Below, in pieces: positions 41,714 through 53,074 of a DNA stretch of 64,000 nt. The DNA comes from Candidatus Latescibacterota bacterium (GTDB lineage: Bacteria; Latescibacterota; CBDEFO01): the NCBI GenBank assembly GCA_965237525.1, contig CBDEFO010000008.1:832001-896000 (forward strand), written 5' to 3'. The notes below the pieces were generated by a model, which was given only the letters and a program-made list of their open reading frames with translations, did not search any database and was not told the DNA's origin. Each line of letters opens with the position of its first letter. Positions within the stretch are counted from its first letter, which is position 1. Both the position numbers and the translations under genes were made by a program.

Positions 41714-41901
41714 GTCATTGCGAGCCGGGGGAAAAGCAATCCCCCCGATAGATTTAATCGGGGGCCTGCCCCCGAAAGGTTGAATCGGGGGTTACTGTGG
41801 TAGATGTAATAGTCTCCGGCTCTCATAGGAGGTCACTATAAAACCTTGAGATTGCTTCCCCGATAGACTCAATCGGGGACCGCTTTGCTCCTCGCAATGA
41901 C
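41714..41901. repeat. Composite palindromic element GTCATTGCGAG...CTCGCAATGAC with three internal CCCCGA...TCGGGG hairpins
   Basis: Terminal 11-bp IR and internal AAGCAATC/GATTGCTT IR; hairpins at ~41741, ~41765 and ~41857. Confidence 0.8.
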
Positions 41902-42006
41902 TCCACCAAGTTTATGAATTAATCGGGCTAATTATCGAGATAATTCTGTAACGCTTATTAACTTATCTGAATGATACAATTTGTAGTTCCCATAATTAAG
42001 CTTACT

Positions 42007-45000
42007 CTATTCTGCCTGTACTGTGTTTACAGCCTTTTTCCGCCGGATACTCCATCCTTTCCAGACCATATAGATTGCTGGGATAACCACCAACGTAAGA
42101 GCAGTTGAAGTCACCATCCCGCCTACCATCGGGGCGGCTATCCGCTTCATCACATCAGCGCCTGCGCCGGTGCTCCACATAATGGGAAAGAGACCCGCCA
42201 TAATCGCTGAGACCGTCATCATCTTTGGCCGGACCCGCTGCACTGCCCCCTCGATCACGGCATCGTAGAGATCCTGCATTGTGGACATCTTTCCAGAGTC
42301 TCTGCGTCGGTTGTAAGCCTCATCCAGAAAGACTATCATCACGACTCCGGTCTCAGCAGCCACACCGGACAAGGCTATAATGCCCACCCAGACTGCTACA
42401 GACAGATTATATCCTAAAAGAAACAAAAGCCATATACCTCCTACGAGGGAAAACGGCACAGAGAGCATCACTATGAGGCTTTCTGTCACCGACTTAAAGT
42501 TTAGATAAAGCAGGAAAAAGATGATGAATACTGTAAAGGGCACCATGATCTTGAGCCGCTCTTTTGCCCGCTCCATATACTGGAACTGACCTCCCCAGGA
42601 GAGGCGGTATCCGGTCGGGATAGTGACCTGTTTCTCTATAACCTGTTTTGCCTCCTGAACGTAGTCTCCTAATGGTCTTCCTGCGACATCCACAAAGACA
42701 AGACCGACAAGCTGAGCATCTTCATCCCGGATCTGTGGGGGGCCGGTAGTAGTCCGAATGTCGGCTAATTGAGCCATAGGCACATGAGTGCCGGTCGGCG
42801 TTGGCACAAGTATCCGTTTGAGTTGATCTATATCGTCCCGCAGTTCCCTTGCGTAGCGGACATTGATTGGGTATCGCTCCCGCCCTTCAATCGTAGTAGA
42901 GACGTTCATCCCACCTATAGCTGTCTGGATGATGTCCTGAACATCCCCCACAGTAAGCCCATATCGGGAGGCCTCTTTTCTGTTCACCTCAAAGTCTACA
43001 AAATATCCTCCGGTCACGCGCTCGGCAAAGACGCTTCGGGTTCCAGCAAGAGATGACAAGGCACTCTCAATATCCAGACCGATCCTTTCGATGGTCTTAA
43101 GATCTGATCCAAATATTTTGATCCCCAAAGGGCTTCTGATTCCAGTGGCCAGCATCTCAGTTCTTGTCTGAATTGGCATCCACCAGATGTTAGGCATGCC
43201 AGGGAACTGAAGGACTTTGTCCATCTCCCCAATTAGATCGTTCCAGGAAATAGGTCGCTCCTCAGGCCAGAATCGGTCGAGAGCACTTCTAAGAAAGCCA
43301 GGAGCCCACGCTGACCACCAGCGCTCCTTTCGGACGGTGCGCCATTCTTCCTCTGGTTTTAATGTCACCGTCGTCTCCACCATCGAAAGAGGCGCAGGGT
43401 CAGTCGGTGTCCTTGCACGGCCTATCTTCCCGAAGACCCTTTCTACCTCAGGAAACTGTGAAATAATCTTATCCTGTGTGTGCAACACTTTTGCTGCTTC
43501 GGTAATTGACATGCCGGGAACCGATGTGGGCATGTAGAGGATCGAACCCTCATTTAGAGGCGGCATGAACTCAGAGCCCAGGCGCACAAATGCCGGAATA
43601 GTGAAGATTAAGATCAAGATCGCCAGAGCGATCACGCTCTTTCTAAATCGGAGGACAAGCCTAACTATTGGATTGTAGAGCCAGATCAAGGCCCTGGAGA
43701 TGGGATTTCTGGCCTCTGGAATAATTTTGCCACGGATTAACAAAACCATTAACACTGCAGCTAAAGTGATCGAAAGGATTGAGGCGAAGAACATCGCAAA
43801 GGTCTTCGTGTAGGCTAAAGGCCTGAAGAGTCGTCCCTCCTGAGCCTCCAAGGTAAATACCGGAATGAAAGACACAGTGATGATCAAGAGTGAGAAGAAC
43901 AGAGGCTTGCCAACCTCCTTAGCCGCTCCCACAATCACTTCAAAGCGACTGCTTTGACGGCCGTCGCTTTCCCACTGCTCCAAACGCTTGTGGGCATTTT
44001 CTATCATCACGATAGCCGCATCAACCATGGCTCCAATGGCAATAGCGATGCCACCCAAGGACATGATGTTGGATGTCAGCTTCATATAATACATCGGGAT
44101 AAACGCCATTAAGATGGCTATGGGGAGGGTTAAGATTGCGACCAAGGAGCTTCTAAAATGGAAAAGAAAGAGAATGCAGACCAGGCTTACGATGATGCTT
44201 TCTTCTATCAACTTCTCTTTGAGTGTTTCGATGGCCCTGTGGATAAGATCGCTCCTATCGTAGGTTGTAACGATCTTAACACCTTCTGGAAGAGACGGTT
44301 CGATCTCCACGATCTTACGCTTTATGCGGTCTATCACATCCAGGGCGTTCTCACCATAGCGCATTACGACAATGCCGCCGACAGTCTCTCCCACTCCGTC
44401 CAGTTCTGCCAATCCCCGGCGCATATCCGGCCCTAAGTGAACCTCTGCTATGTCTTTGACGTAAAGAGGCGTCCCATTGCCATCTGTCCCAAGGGGGATA
44501 TAATTGATGTCCTCCACAGATGTGATGTAGCCTCTGCCACGGACCATGTGCTCTGTCCCTGCCACCTCGATAACCCGGCCTCCCACATCGTTATTGCTCC
44601 GACGGATTGCCTCGATCACCTTCTGGATGGGAATATTGTATGCCAAAAGCGCGTTAGGATCCAAGTCCACCTGATACTGTTTGACAAACCCTCCGATGCT
44701 GGCCACTTCAGCCACACCGGGCACTGCTTCCAGCCAGTACTTTAAATACCAGTCCTGGAATGAACGTAATTGGGCCAGGTTATGTCTTCCGCTTTCATCC
44801 ACCAGGGCGTATTCATAGACCCAGCCAACACCTGTGGCGTCAGGACCTAATGTTGGTGTGACACCTTCAGGAAGCTGTCCGCCTACCTCGTTCATATACT
44901 CCAGCACCCGACTCCTGGCCCAGTACATATCGGTGCCGTCCTCGAATATGACATAGACGAAAGATAGCCCAAAGAAAGATTGGCCCCTGACGAACTTAAC

Positions 45001-45234
45001 GTTTGGGGCAGCTAACATAGTAGTGATAATCGGATAGGTAATCTGGTCTTCCATAAGGTCCGGGCTCCTGCCTGGCCATTCAGTAAAGACTATCACCTGT
45101 ACATCTGAAAGATCGGGAATGGCATCCAACGGGACATTTAAAAGTGCCCAGACACCCCAGGCTGAGATGAACAGAACTACGATCAACACCAGGAGTCTGT
45201 TCTTAGCACTGTATTCAATAATCTTTTCTATCAT
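42007..45234 (-). CDS. cusA: CusA/SilA-type heavy-metal RND permease
   Basis: DAIPDLSDVQV, YWARSRVLEY, GAMVDAAIVMIEN, TDPAPLSM and RVRPKMMT motifs. Confidence 0.93.
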   Translation of the reverse strand: MIEKIIEYSAKNRLLVLIVVLFISAWGVWALLNVPLDAIPDLSDVQVIVFTEWPGRSPDLMEDQITYPIITTMLAAPNVKFVRGQSFFGLSFVYVIFEDGTDMYWARSRVLEYMNEVGGQLPEGVTPTLGPDATGVGWVYEYALVDESGRHNLAQLRSFQDWYLKYWLEAVPGVAEVASIGGFVKQYQVDLDPNALLAYNIPIQKVIEAIRRSNNDVGGRVIEVAGTEHMVRGRGYITSVEDINYIPLGTDGNGTPLYVKDIAEVHLGPDMRRGLAELDGVGETVGGIVVMRYGENALDVIDRIKRKIVEIEPSLPEGVKIVTTYDRSDLIHRAIETLKEKLIEESIIVSLVCILFLFHFRSSLVAILTLPIAILMAFIPMYYMKLTSNIMSLGGIAIAIGAMVDAAIVMIENAHKRLEQWESDGRQSSRFEVIVGAAKEVGKPLFFSLLIITVSFIPVFTLEAQEGRLFRPLAYTKTFAMFFASILSITLAAVLMVLLIRGKIIPEARNPISRALIWLYNPIVRLVLRFRKSVIALAILILIFTIPAFVRLGSEFMPPLNEGSILYMPTSVPGMSITEAAKVLHTQDKIISQFPEVERVFGKIGRARTPTDPAPLSMVETTVTLKPEEEWRTVRKERWWSAWAPGFLRSALDRFWPEERPISWNDLIGEMDKVLQFPGMPNIWWMPIQTRTEMLATGIRSPLGIKIFGSDLKTIERIGLDIESALSSLAGTRSVFAERVTGGYFVDFEVNRKEASRYGLTVGDVQDIIQTAIGGMNVSTTIEGRERYPINVRYARELRDDIDQLKRILVPTPTGTHVPMAQLADIRTTTGPPQIRDEDAQLVGLVFVDVAGRPLGDYVQEAKQVIEKQVTIPTGYRLSWGGQFQYMERAKERLKIMVPFTVFIIFFLLYLNFKSVTESLIVMLSVPFSLVGGIWLLFLLGYNLSVAVWVGIIALSGVAAETGVVMIVFLDEAYNRRRDSGKMSTMQDLYDAVIEGAVQRVRPKMMTVSAIMAGLFPIMWSTGAGADVMKRIAAPMVGGMVTSTALTLVVIPAIYMVWKGWSIRRKKAVNTVQAE

Positions 45235-45249
45235 GTCAGTCTCCCCTTA

Positions 45250-46677
45250 CTACTCGTATTGTGAGGCCATCCCGCTTATGGCCGACTTGAGCTTGCTTTC
45301 AGAATCTATCAGGAAGTTGCCAGAGGTCACCACTCTTTCTCCATCCTCTACGCCTGCAAGGACGTGGTAATAGTCCTCCACCTTTGCTCCCAGTGTTACC
45401 TCTCTGGGCTGGAACCGACCACTGCCCATATCCACAAAGACGATTCGACGCCTGCCAGAGTACAAAACTGAACTTTCAGGAACAGCGATCTGTTCTCCAA
45501 GATCGACCTTCAACCCTACATTGACATACATACCAGGCCGCAGTTGAAGATCAAGGTTTGGAAATATCAACCTCACCTTCGCTGTTCGGGTCTTTGTCTC
45601 TAAATAGGGATAGATGTAATCTACATTACCTTCAAAAGTCCGACCAGGATTGTAGGATAAGGTCATAGTTGCCGCCAGACCTTCTCTGACCAGGGCGAGT
45701 TCATACTCATAGAGGTCAGCATAGACCCAGATAGTAGATAGGTCAGCGATGCGATACAGTTGCATCCCTGGATTGACGTACATCCCCTCCACCGCCATCT
45801 TCTCGACAACAACTCCAGTTGATGGGGAGTAGATAGTAATAAAGGTCTGCGGTTCTCCTGCCTCTCTTAATGTGAGGATCTGAGCCTCTGTCAGATCCCA
45901 AAGGAGCAGACGACGCTTGGCGGCGGATACGAGAGACTCTGTCTTTTGGATCGCCTCTTTCTGCACCAGAGCCGCTGTAACAGGATACCCCGAGGGATTA
46001 GAAAGTAGCAATGCTGTTTCTTCTTCTGTAACAAATCGTCTTAGCTTTTCCAGAGTTTCCAAAGCTAAGATATATTCCTCCTGGGTGGAGACTAACTCCG
46101 GGCTGTAGAGGTCAAAGAGAGGCTGGCCTTTTTCTATCAACTTACCCGTATAGTCCGCGTAGAGCTTCTGAATCCATCCTGTGATCTTCAGGTTAACATC
46201 AGAAAGTTTCGTCTCGTCGTAGACCACCCGTCCCACTGTGCGGAGGGTTTTTTCCATGGGTCGCCGTTCCACCTGTGCTGTGGTCACCCCAATAAGCTGC
46301 TGCTTCCAGGGAGTCAACTGCACAGAGCCGGGAACAGTTTGCAAAGAGGCAGGCTGGGACACGGGCTGAGTGGCCGGTGGAGCAGTCTTTTCAACCAGCA
46401 CCAGTTCCATCCCGCAGCTGGGACAGTCATCTGGATGATTCTGTACCACCTGAGGATGCATCGGACACTGATATACTTCGGCGCTTTCAGCTTCTCCTTC
46501 GAGATATTGAGAAGCCTGCCCCGAATTGATTCTATTGGGGGCCTGCCCCGGTAGAAACCACTGCAAAAACATTCCTCTATACATCCAGGAGGTGACGCCG
46601 ACGACCGCAATCAGGACAGCCGGGACGATATAGCGTTTCACACTTACTATCATTTTCCCTTTCTCCTTTGCTTTCAA
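45250..46677 (-). CDS. cusB: CusB-type periplasmic adaptor with heavy-metal-binding domain
   Basis: YQCPMHP...CPSCGMEL, LYSPELVSTQEEY and FLIDSES motifs. Confidence 0.88.
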   Translation of the reverse strand: MKAKEKGKMIVSVKRYIVPAVLIAVVGVTSWMYRGMFLQWFLPGQAPNRINSGQASQYLEGEAESAEVYQCPMHPQVVQNHPDDCPSCGMELVLVEKTAPPATQPVSQPASLQTVPGSVQLTPWKQQLIGVTTAQVERRPMEKTLRTVGRVVYDETKLSDVNLKITGWIQKLYADYTGKLIEKGQPLFDLYSPELVSTQEEYILALETLEKLRRFVTEEETALLLSNPSGYPVTAALVQKEAIQKTESLVSAAKRRLLLWDLTEAQILTLREAGEPQTFITIYSPSTGVVVEKMAVEGMYVNPGMQLYRIADLSTIWVYADLYEYELALVREGLAATMTLSYNPGRTFEGNVDYIYPYLETKTRTAKVRLIFPNLDLQLRPGMYVNVGLKVDLGEQIAVPESSVLYSGRRRIVFVDMGSGRFQPREVTLGAKVEDYYHVLAGVEDGERVVTSGNFLIDSESKLKSAISGMASQYE

Positions 46678-46679
46678 CT

Positions 46680-49304
46680 CTATATCTTGTTGAGATCAGC
46701 TCCTACAGCCCGCTCCAAGTCGGCGAGGCCCTTCTCAAAATCCACGAGCGACCGGTAGTAGGCCAGTTCAAATTTGAGCAATATGCGCTCGCTGTCGATT
46801 AGATTGAGGAAAGAAGCCCTGCCAGTTCGGTAGGAGGCTGTCACTGCCTCCAAGGTCTGCTGTGCCTGAGGGAGGATAACGTCCCTGTAAAGCTTTATTT
46901 CACTCTCTGCTACCTGAACATCGATGAGGGCATCTTCTACTTCGTAGAGGATATGATTTTTCAGATCCTCATAGGCTGAGTTTGACAACCTCTCTTCAAT
47001 TTTCGCCTCCTTCAACCTGGCGTCGTGCCTGCCCTTTGACCAGAAGGCTAAGGGGATCTTGGCCTCCACCATCAACATCCAGCGGTTCAGATTATCCTGA
47101 ACGTTCCAGTAGGCTACATCTATCATAAAGTCTGGATAATACTCCTTCCGAGCCAATTTCTGATCCGTTCGGCTCCTCTGGACGGCAATCTGGATCACCT
47201 TCAACTCCGGTCTGTTGTCAAGGGCTACCGGTTGAATATCAAATGAAATCGGTGCAACTAATTTGATCTTTGTTTAGAGTATTAGTAGATTAAGTTGAGT
47301 TGATTGTCTTAACTTTAATCTACGGAGTCCTATGGACAAAGAGAGATTGGCCGTATTAAGACAAGAAGTCAACGAGATGTATTTTAAGAAAGAAATGTCA
47401 AAGCGAGAAGTTATCAAACAAGCGAGAGTTTCCAATGATTTCGTTACGGCTTGGACTAAATCTCTGGATCAGGATTTTGCCATGGATAATCGGGGTTGGC
47501 CAAAAGGAAAAAGGCGAAAATTGGCTAAAGTTGACGAACAGAGAATCAAAGAGATTTACCATAGCTTAGAGGACGATCCTTATCAGTTCTATTCAGGAGC
47601 CACTGTTATTGAACAAGAATGGAGGAATCGATATTCTAGCACCCCTCCTCCGTCGTTGCCGACTATCGGCAGAATGCTTTCAGATTTAGGACTTTCCCAG
47701 AGAAGGAAGAAAGGTAAAAACAAGGGTGCATCTCGTTATCTTTGTTATCCAGAGTATACCATTTACTATCTTTCAGGAGGCAGAGTCCTAGAATCAGACT
47801 TTATTGGTAAAAAGTATCTTACCGGCAGAACTGAGCCGGTCAACTTCGTTGGATTTTCCTTTAAGAAAGAGCCTAAGTTAAGGTATTTTCGGCGGGTTGA
47901 CGGTCAAACAGCAACTAACTTTATCGAGAAGTGTCAGTCTTTCTTTGACAGGTTTGAAAAACCAGATTTCGTTAAGGTGGACAATTGCTCGGCGACTATT
48001 GGCAGTGTTTCAGGTAAAAGGAATGTCAGCAAAGCAATGCAGTTTCTCTTGAAAAATCAAGTGATTCCGATATTTGCCGTTCCCAGAAGGCCCTTTTCTC
48101 AAGCATCTATAGAAGGCAACAATTCTGTATTTTCAAGGAAGTTCTGGAACAGAATTCAGTTCAAAAGCTTACAAGAAGTTGATCAGAAGTTAGAATGGTT
48201 TAATCTTTCATCACAGAGATACACCGGCTACCGTCCACCTAAGCAAGAGAAGTCAAACGAGAAAGATTTCATTCCCAAGACCTATTTTATCAGACAAGTC
48301 AAACAGGACACAGAACAGACAGATAAAGCCTTTATCGATGTCCTAAATGAGAAAGTATCTCTTCCCTCCTCTTACACCAACTACTTTGTCCTGGCTGAAT
48401 GGAACCTAAAAGAAGAACAATTATACATCCATTTTGAAAAAGAACAGAAACCAAAGATTGTCGAAAACCTATCATTCAAGATCAATCAAAGATCGAAAGA
48501 GAAGTGCACCGATTTCATTTGATAAATAACCGCTACCTTCTGAAGATCTTCCAATGTCTGAGGTACCTTCAGAGCCTCACATTCCTCAGGAGTCCCCAGG
48601 GGAGTCTGAGGAGGGCGGTTCAAGAGAGTGTTCAGCTTCGCCTCGGTCGCCCTTTGCTTCTGCACGAGCACGAGCACCTCTTTAGACAGGTCGGACACCT
48701 CCACAAGGGCCTTCAACACGTCACCTTGAGAGACAGTGCCGGAGGTGTATTTTGTCTCGGCTATCTTTGAGAAATCCCGCGTTAGGTCCAGATGCTTCTG
48801 TCGGATCTCGATGGCTTTATGAATCAGGAACAGTTCATAATAGGCGGACTTTACCTGCCTTATGATCTCCTGTCTTGCCGCTTGATACTGCAACTGGGCC
48901 ATCTGCGCCTCAAAAGAGGCAATCTTCCCCCGAAGGGAGAGCTTTCCCGGAAAGGGTAACCGCTGCTTGACACCGAGCCATACCTCCCGAGCTTCAAAAG
49001 GATCTGGTGTCGTCCCGGGCACCGCCCAGAACATCGTATAGAAACTTGGGTCGTCCAGCGAGCTTACCTGTGGTTCCTTTTCTAGGGCACTTTCCCACCG
49101 ATATTTCGCTGTTGAAAGACGGGGATTTTCCTCCAATGCCACCTGAATTATTACATCCAACACCAGGTGTTGATCCCTGTCCGTCTCCGCTGATATAGGG
49201 ACACCCAGGGCAAGGACCAAACAGATATTTAGTACGATAACCAAAATATGTCTCCAGCTTATCGGCATGAAGCCACCTCCAAATCTATCAGAAATATCAA
49301 GCAA
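46680..49304 (-). pseudogene. TolC-family outer membrane protein interrupted by an IS
   Basis: Halves 48486..49304 and 46680..47204. Removing 47230..48531 plus one TSD restores QKVALDNRPELK in frame. Confidence 0.9.
47230..48531 (+). mobile_element. Insertion sequence with rve/IS481-like DDE transposase (47332..48522), 1302 bp
   Basis: IRs GGTTGAATATCAAATGAAATCGGTGCA / TGCACCGATTTCATTTGATAAATAACC; flanking direct repeat GCTACC; SDF...VDN...SIEGNN catalytic pattern. Confidence 0.88.
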
Positions 49305-49483
49305 AAACAGATGATAGCCCTAACGATCATAGACCACCGTTAAATCCGTTAGGGAACAATCTGCCTTTTATGACAACGAATGCACTGAGGATTTCAATAC
49401 GGAATAGAAAGGGACTCAGCCACAGATAGAGGATGTCGTCTGTCAATCAGGCTGATTTAAGGAAAGAAATTACAAGGGTAGGT

Positions 49484-49888
49484 TCAAATTAGATAGGCTT
49501 CGTGCAGAAGATAGAGTGCGGGCGAGGAACTATTCCTCTTTGGGGTAATCCAGATAAGAGAACCGGGTTTAGCGTTAGCGTTCTGAAAGATGCAGGGAGG
49601 AAAGAGTGCGACACTCTGAGTTCCAGAAAGTTTTACGGTGTTCGCAGGACGAATACTGTCAGGCGGGGTCTCCTTCTGTGCAAAGGAGAAGCGAACTTCA
49701 CAGCAGCAATCCTTAAGGCGAGAAAGATCGCAGTCTGGGATGCCAGAAACGCTAAGGCAGCAGCACTTGTGAGGCTGCATAGCGCTCATAGCAGGGTTCT
49801 CTTTGCACACCAGCGTAACTTCAGCAGCTACAGGGGGCAGGTTAATCAATATGAAGATAAGTAAAGATGTGAGAAACTTTGTAACCAC
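49484..49888 (-). CDS. Small Cys-rich exported protein heading the Cus-type operon
   Basis: Signal peptide; KCCC and DCCC clusters; C-terminal LYLLHEAYLI. Confidence 0.6.
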   Translation of the reverse strand: MVTKFLTSLLIFILINLPPVAAEVTLVCKENPAMSAMQPHKCCCLSVSGIPDCDLSRLKDCCCEVRFSFAQKETPPDSIRPANTVKLSGTQSVALFPPCIFQNANAKPGSLIWITPKRNSSSPALYLLHEAYLI

Positions 49889-50437
49889 AGAAATATATCC
49901 CTCAATTAACTCATGTACAAATGGATTTCATTACATTACCTATAACGCTCAAAAAGGACGCAAGTTCCTCAGTTTTTCTGCTGAAGTTGTTGCGCAAGCT
50001 GCGCCTTTAGAAGCTCGAGCTCCTTCTCGGCATTGGAACAACCAAACTGTAGCATGCATAGAGGAACGACAGCGATTAAAAGAGTACGGGAAACCATAGG
50101 AAGTTCTCCTTTCTTGAAAAGCTGTGATGAATTTACTTACGCGGCCTAAACTAAGATCATCTCTTACAGGCTTCTCCTTTCTACGACCCCGGCAATTTCG
50201 CCAACGATCAGCATTGCAGAAGGGGTCAAGCTTGATAGTCGAACTAAGTATCAGGTCAAAATAGTCTCGACAAGATTATAGAGATCCAAAATAGTAGACC
50301 GCATACAAGGAAGTAAGGTGTCCTGTCTACTGTCTATGAGATTTTTCGCTTTGCTCTCAATCACGTTGGTTGGCTTCAACCTTCAGTCCTTGCAAGGGGT
50401 GAAACCCCGAAGCAATCTCATATGTCCACTAACTTAA

Positions 50438-51956
50438 AAGCCTTGTGAAAAACCCTTAGATTCAGAAAGTAGTATAGAACAAGCATTGATAAAGCAGTTC
50501 CGATGTATTATATTATGTTATTGATAATATTATACATGGAGGAAACAATGACCCCACAAAAGCAGGAACAGACAAATCCGATGTTTCACTATTTTCAGAT
50601 GGAGGATTTAGTTCCCGAGGATCATATCCTTCGTCAGATTGATGAGGCAGTTGATTTTTCATTTGTACGAGACGTTGTATCAGATTGTTATTGCCCTGAC
50701 AATGGCAGACCCGGTATTGATCCTGAATTAGTTGTTCGAATGATCCTTATTGGCTATCTGTATAATTTGAGTGAGAATCGGCTCTGTCAGGAAGTGGGGA
50801 TGCATGCGGCATATCGGTTGTTTTGTCATCAGACATTTGATGATGCGGTTCCGGATAGGAGCACGATCAACAAGCTTCGCAATCACAAGTGGGCATCCAG
50901 TGGGTTGTTTGAACGGATAATGCGTCAGGTAGTCCAGTGTTGCATAGATGTCGGTCTTGTGAGCGGTAAACACCTTAGTGTCGACGGCACTCAGATACAA
51001 GCTGATGCTTCAGTGAAAAGTATTGAGCCGATAGAACCCCCTGTTTCTCTTGATGATTATCTCAAGGGAATCGGTTTTGAAGGTGATAAGACAAAGGGTA
51101 GGTCCGGGCATCCTCAGGATAAAGACTTTCATGGTGAAAAGTGGACGAACCAAACACACCGTTCGACTACAGACCCCGACGCGCGCTTATACAGCAAATC
51201 GAAGGGCAAAGGGGCTTTTCTCTCGTTTATGGGCCATGATCTGATCGACACAAAAAGCAGAGTAATCCTTGAGACTCAGGGCACGCAGGCGGCAGGGACA
51301 GCAGAGCCCGAAAGTGCCCTTAAGATGGTAGATGACCTTGAAACATACACCATGCCCAAAGACATTCAGACACTTAGTGCCGATACCGGTTACGGTTCTG
51401 GTAATTTTATCGCTGATGTACTTGACCGGGGAATCATACCCCATATTCCTCTGCGAGCCGATGAGAAGATTGAACCGATTCCTACATGGAAAAACAAGAC
51501 AAATTCAGCACATATTCAGGCCGAACGGGATAGAAAAGTGCGAGAGGCGAAAGCCAGAAATCATGCACGGTCTATCTCATTAACAGCTGACTACAAACTC
51601 TCCCGGAGACTCCGTAAACGCAGTGAACATATCTTTGCTGAAGCCAGGCAACAACACGGTATGGGACGAGCCCGTTATAGAGGACCAGCCTCACTGAATG
51701 AACAGTTGAATCTTGTTGCAACAGTACAGAATCTCAAGAGGCTTGTATCTTTCATAAGAAGGGGGAAAGCGTCTATGTGTGCCCTGTCTGTCAAAGACAG
51801 TGCATCCTGTTCTTCAAACAGCTCCTGTTCCTTGCTGACCAGAACTCTGATAAGACTATTTTGCTTATTCCACAGCAAAACGATACGATATGCTACTCTT
51901 TGACCCATAATCGGCGCTTCAGACGCTGCCTGGGACATAACTATTTCACAAGGCTT
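50438..51956 (+). mobile_element. IS1182-family element, intact (transposase 50503..51903)
   Basis: 1519 bp, same IRs, TTAA on both flanks. Confidence 0.92.
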
Positions 51957-52075
51957 TTAATATATCCAACGAGTTTTGTCAAGCTACGTAATAGTCGATT
52001 TTCTCAAAAAAGTCAACCGAAAAGAGCACGGCCATTTGGGGGGAGGATGAGTCTATTCGTGAGGTGTCGCAGAGC

Positions 52076-53044
52076 TCAGTCGTGGTGTTTCTCCTCCTTA
52101 TGGCCGCCTTCTTCATAGTGTCCCTTCTCGTGCGCCTTTTCCTCCACCTCCTTCTTCGGATATTGAAACGTCAGCTTGCCGATCTTCTTCCCGCTAACGG
52201 TGAGATCAGCCAGGGCCTTGAAAGACTTGACTTCCTTGAGATTCACTCTAGCAGCGAGGTAGGAAACAGCCGCTTCTTCATGCTCCTCCCCATGGTGACC
52301 CTCCTTCCTATGCTGTTCTCCCTGATGGAGTGACCCTTCCGCGCTCTCGGCTACAGACAGTTTCAGGCTCTTGGTTGCCCCGTCTGCAAATGTCAAATGC
52401 ACCACCCCCGAGGCCTCGGCCGCGGAGAGGGAATTCATAGCTTTATCGTATAGGTAGAACCTGATCTCTCCTTCAGCCGAATCGGCGACGAACTCTGCAT
52501 GATAATTGCCGGCAGAGAGAACGTCTCCACCGTGCGGCGAGGTGTGAGGGTGCTCTTTCGGCTTCGTGTAGGGAAAGCGCCCAGGCAGGATCTTCCCCTC
52601 GATCTTGAGCCTGACCACGGCGACGAACTGCTCCACCCCCTTCAGGTCCACCGCTCCGCTAAAGTGGTCCCCGGACGGGGATAGCGTTACAGTCTTTGTC
52701 CCCCTGCCCGGAATATGAAAGAAGACGCTGCCAGTTACATCCGAGATCGGAAGGGTCTGCTCCTTTTTGTCCAGCAAATAGATGTGCACAGCCTGATGCT
52801 CGACAACCATCTCATAGTGGTACTTTCCGACAGTGACGACCATGCCGCCGTGGTGCGACTTGTGGCCGTGTTCCTCCTGGGAGAGTGCCGGCGGTGCCTC
52901 CCAGAGTAGCGCAATCATCGCATACAGATTCAGGTGGAAGTTCCACTTGATGCCGATTCTTCTGCTCATTGTTTTCTTCTCCTGTAGAAAAGGGTTTTGC
53001 CAGCTTTGAGGGAACATAGCGCTCATGTGTGCGCCTCTCCACAT
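52076..53044 (-). CDS. His-rich periplasmic metal-binding protein with two repeated domains
   Basis: HHGG...YHYE and PHGG...YHAE repeats plus His/Glu-rich tracts; start probably at MSRRIG. Confidence 0.75.
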   Translation of the reverse strand: MWRGAHMSAMFPQSWQNPFLQEKKTMSRRIGIKWNFHLNLYAMIALLWEAPPALSQEEHGHKSHHGGMVVTVGKYHYEMVVEHQAVHIYLLDKKEQTLPISDVTGSVFFHIPGRGTKTVTLSPSGDHFSGAVDLKGVEQFVAVVRLKIEGKILPGRFPYTKPKEHPHTSPHGGDVLSAGNYHAEFVADSAEGEIRFYLYDKAMNSLSAAEASGVVHLTFADGATKSLKLSVAESAEGSLHQGEQHRKEGHHGEEHEEAAVSYLAARVNLKEVKSFKALADLTVSGKKIGKLTFQYPKKEVEEKAHEKGHYEEGGHKEEKHHD

Positions 53045-53074
53045 CGCATGCTAGCGTAGATGTTTCACACGTTT

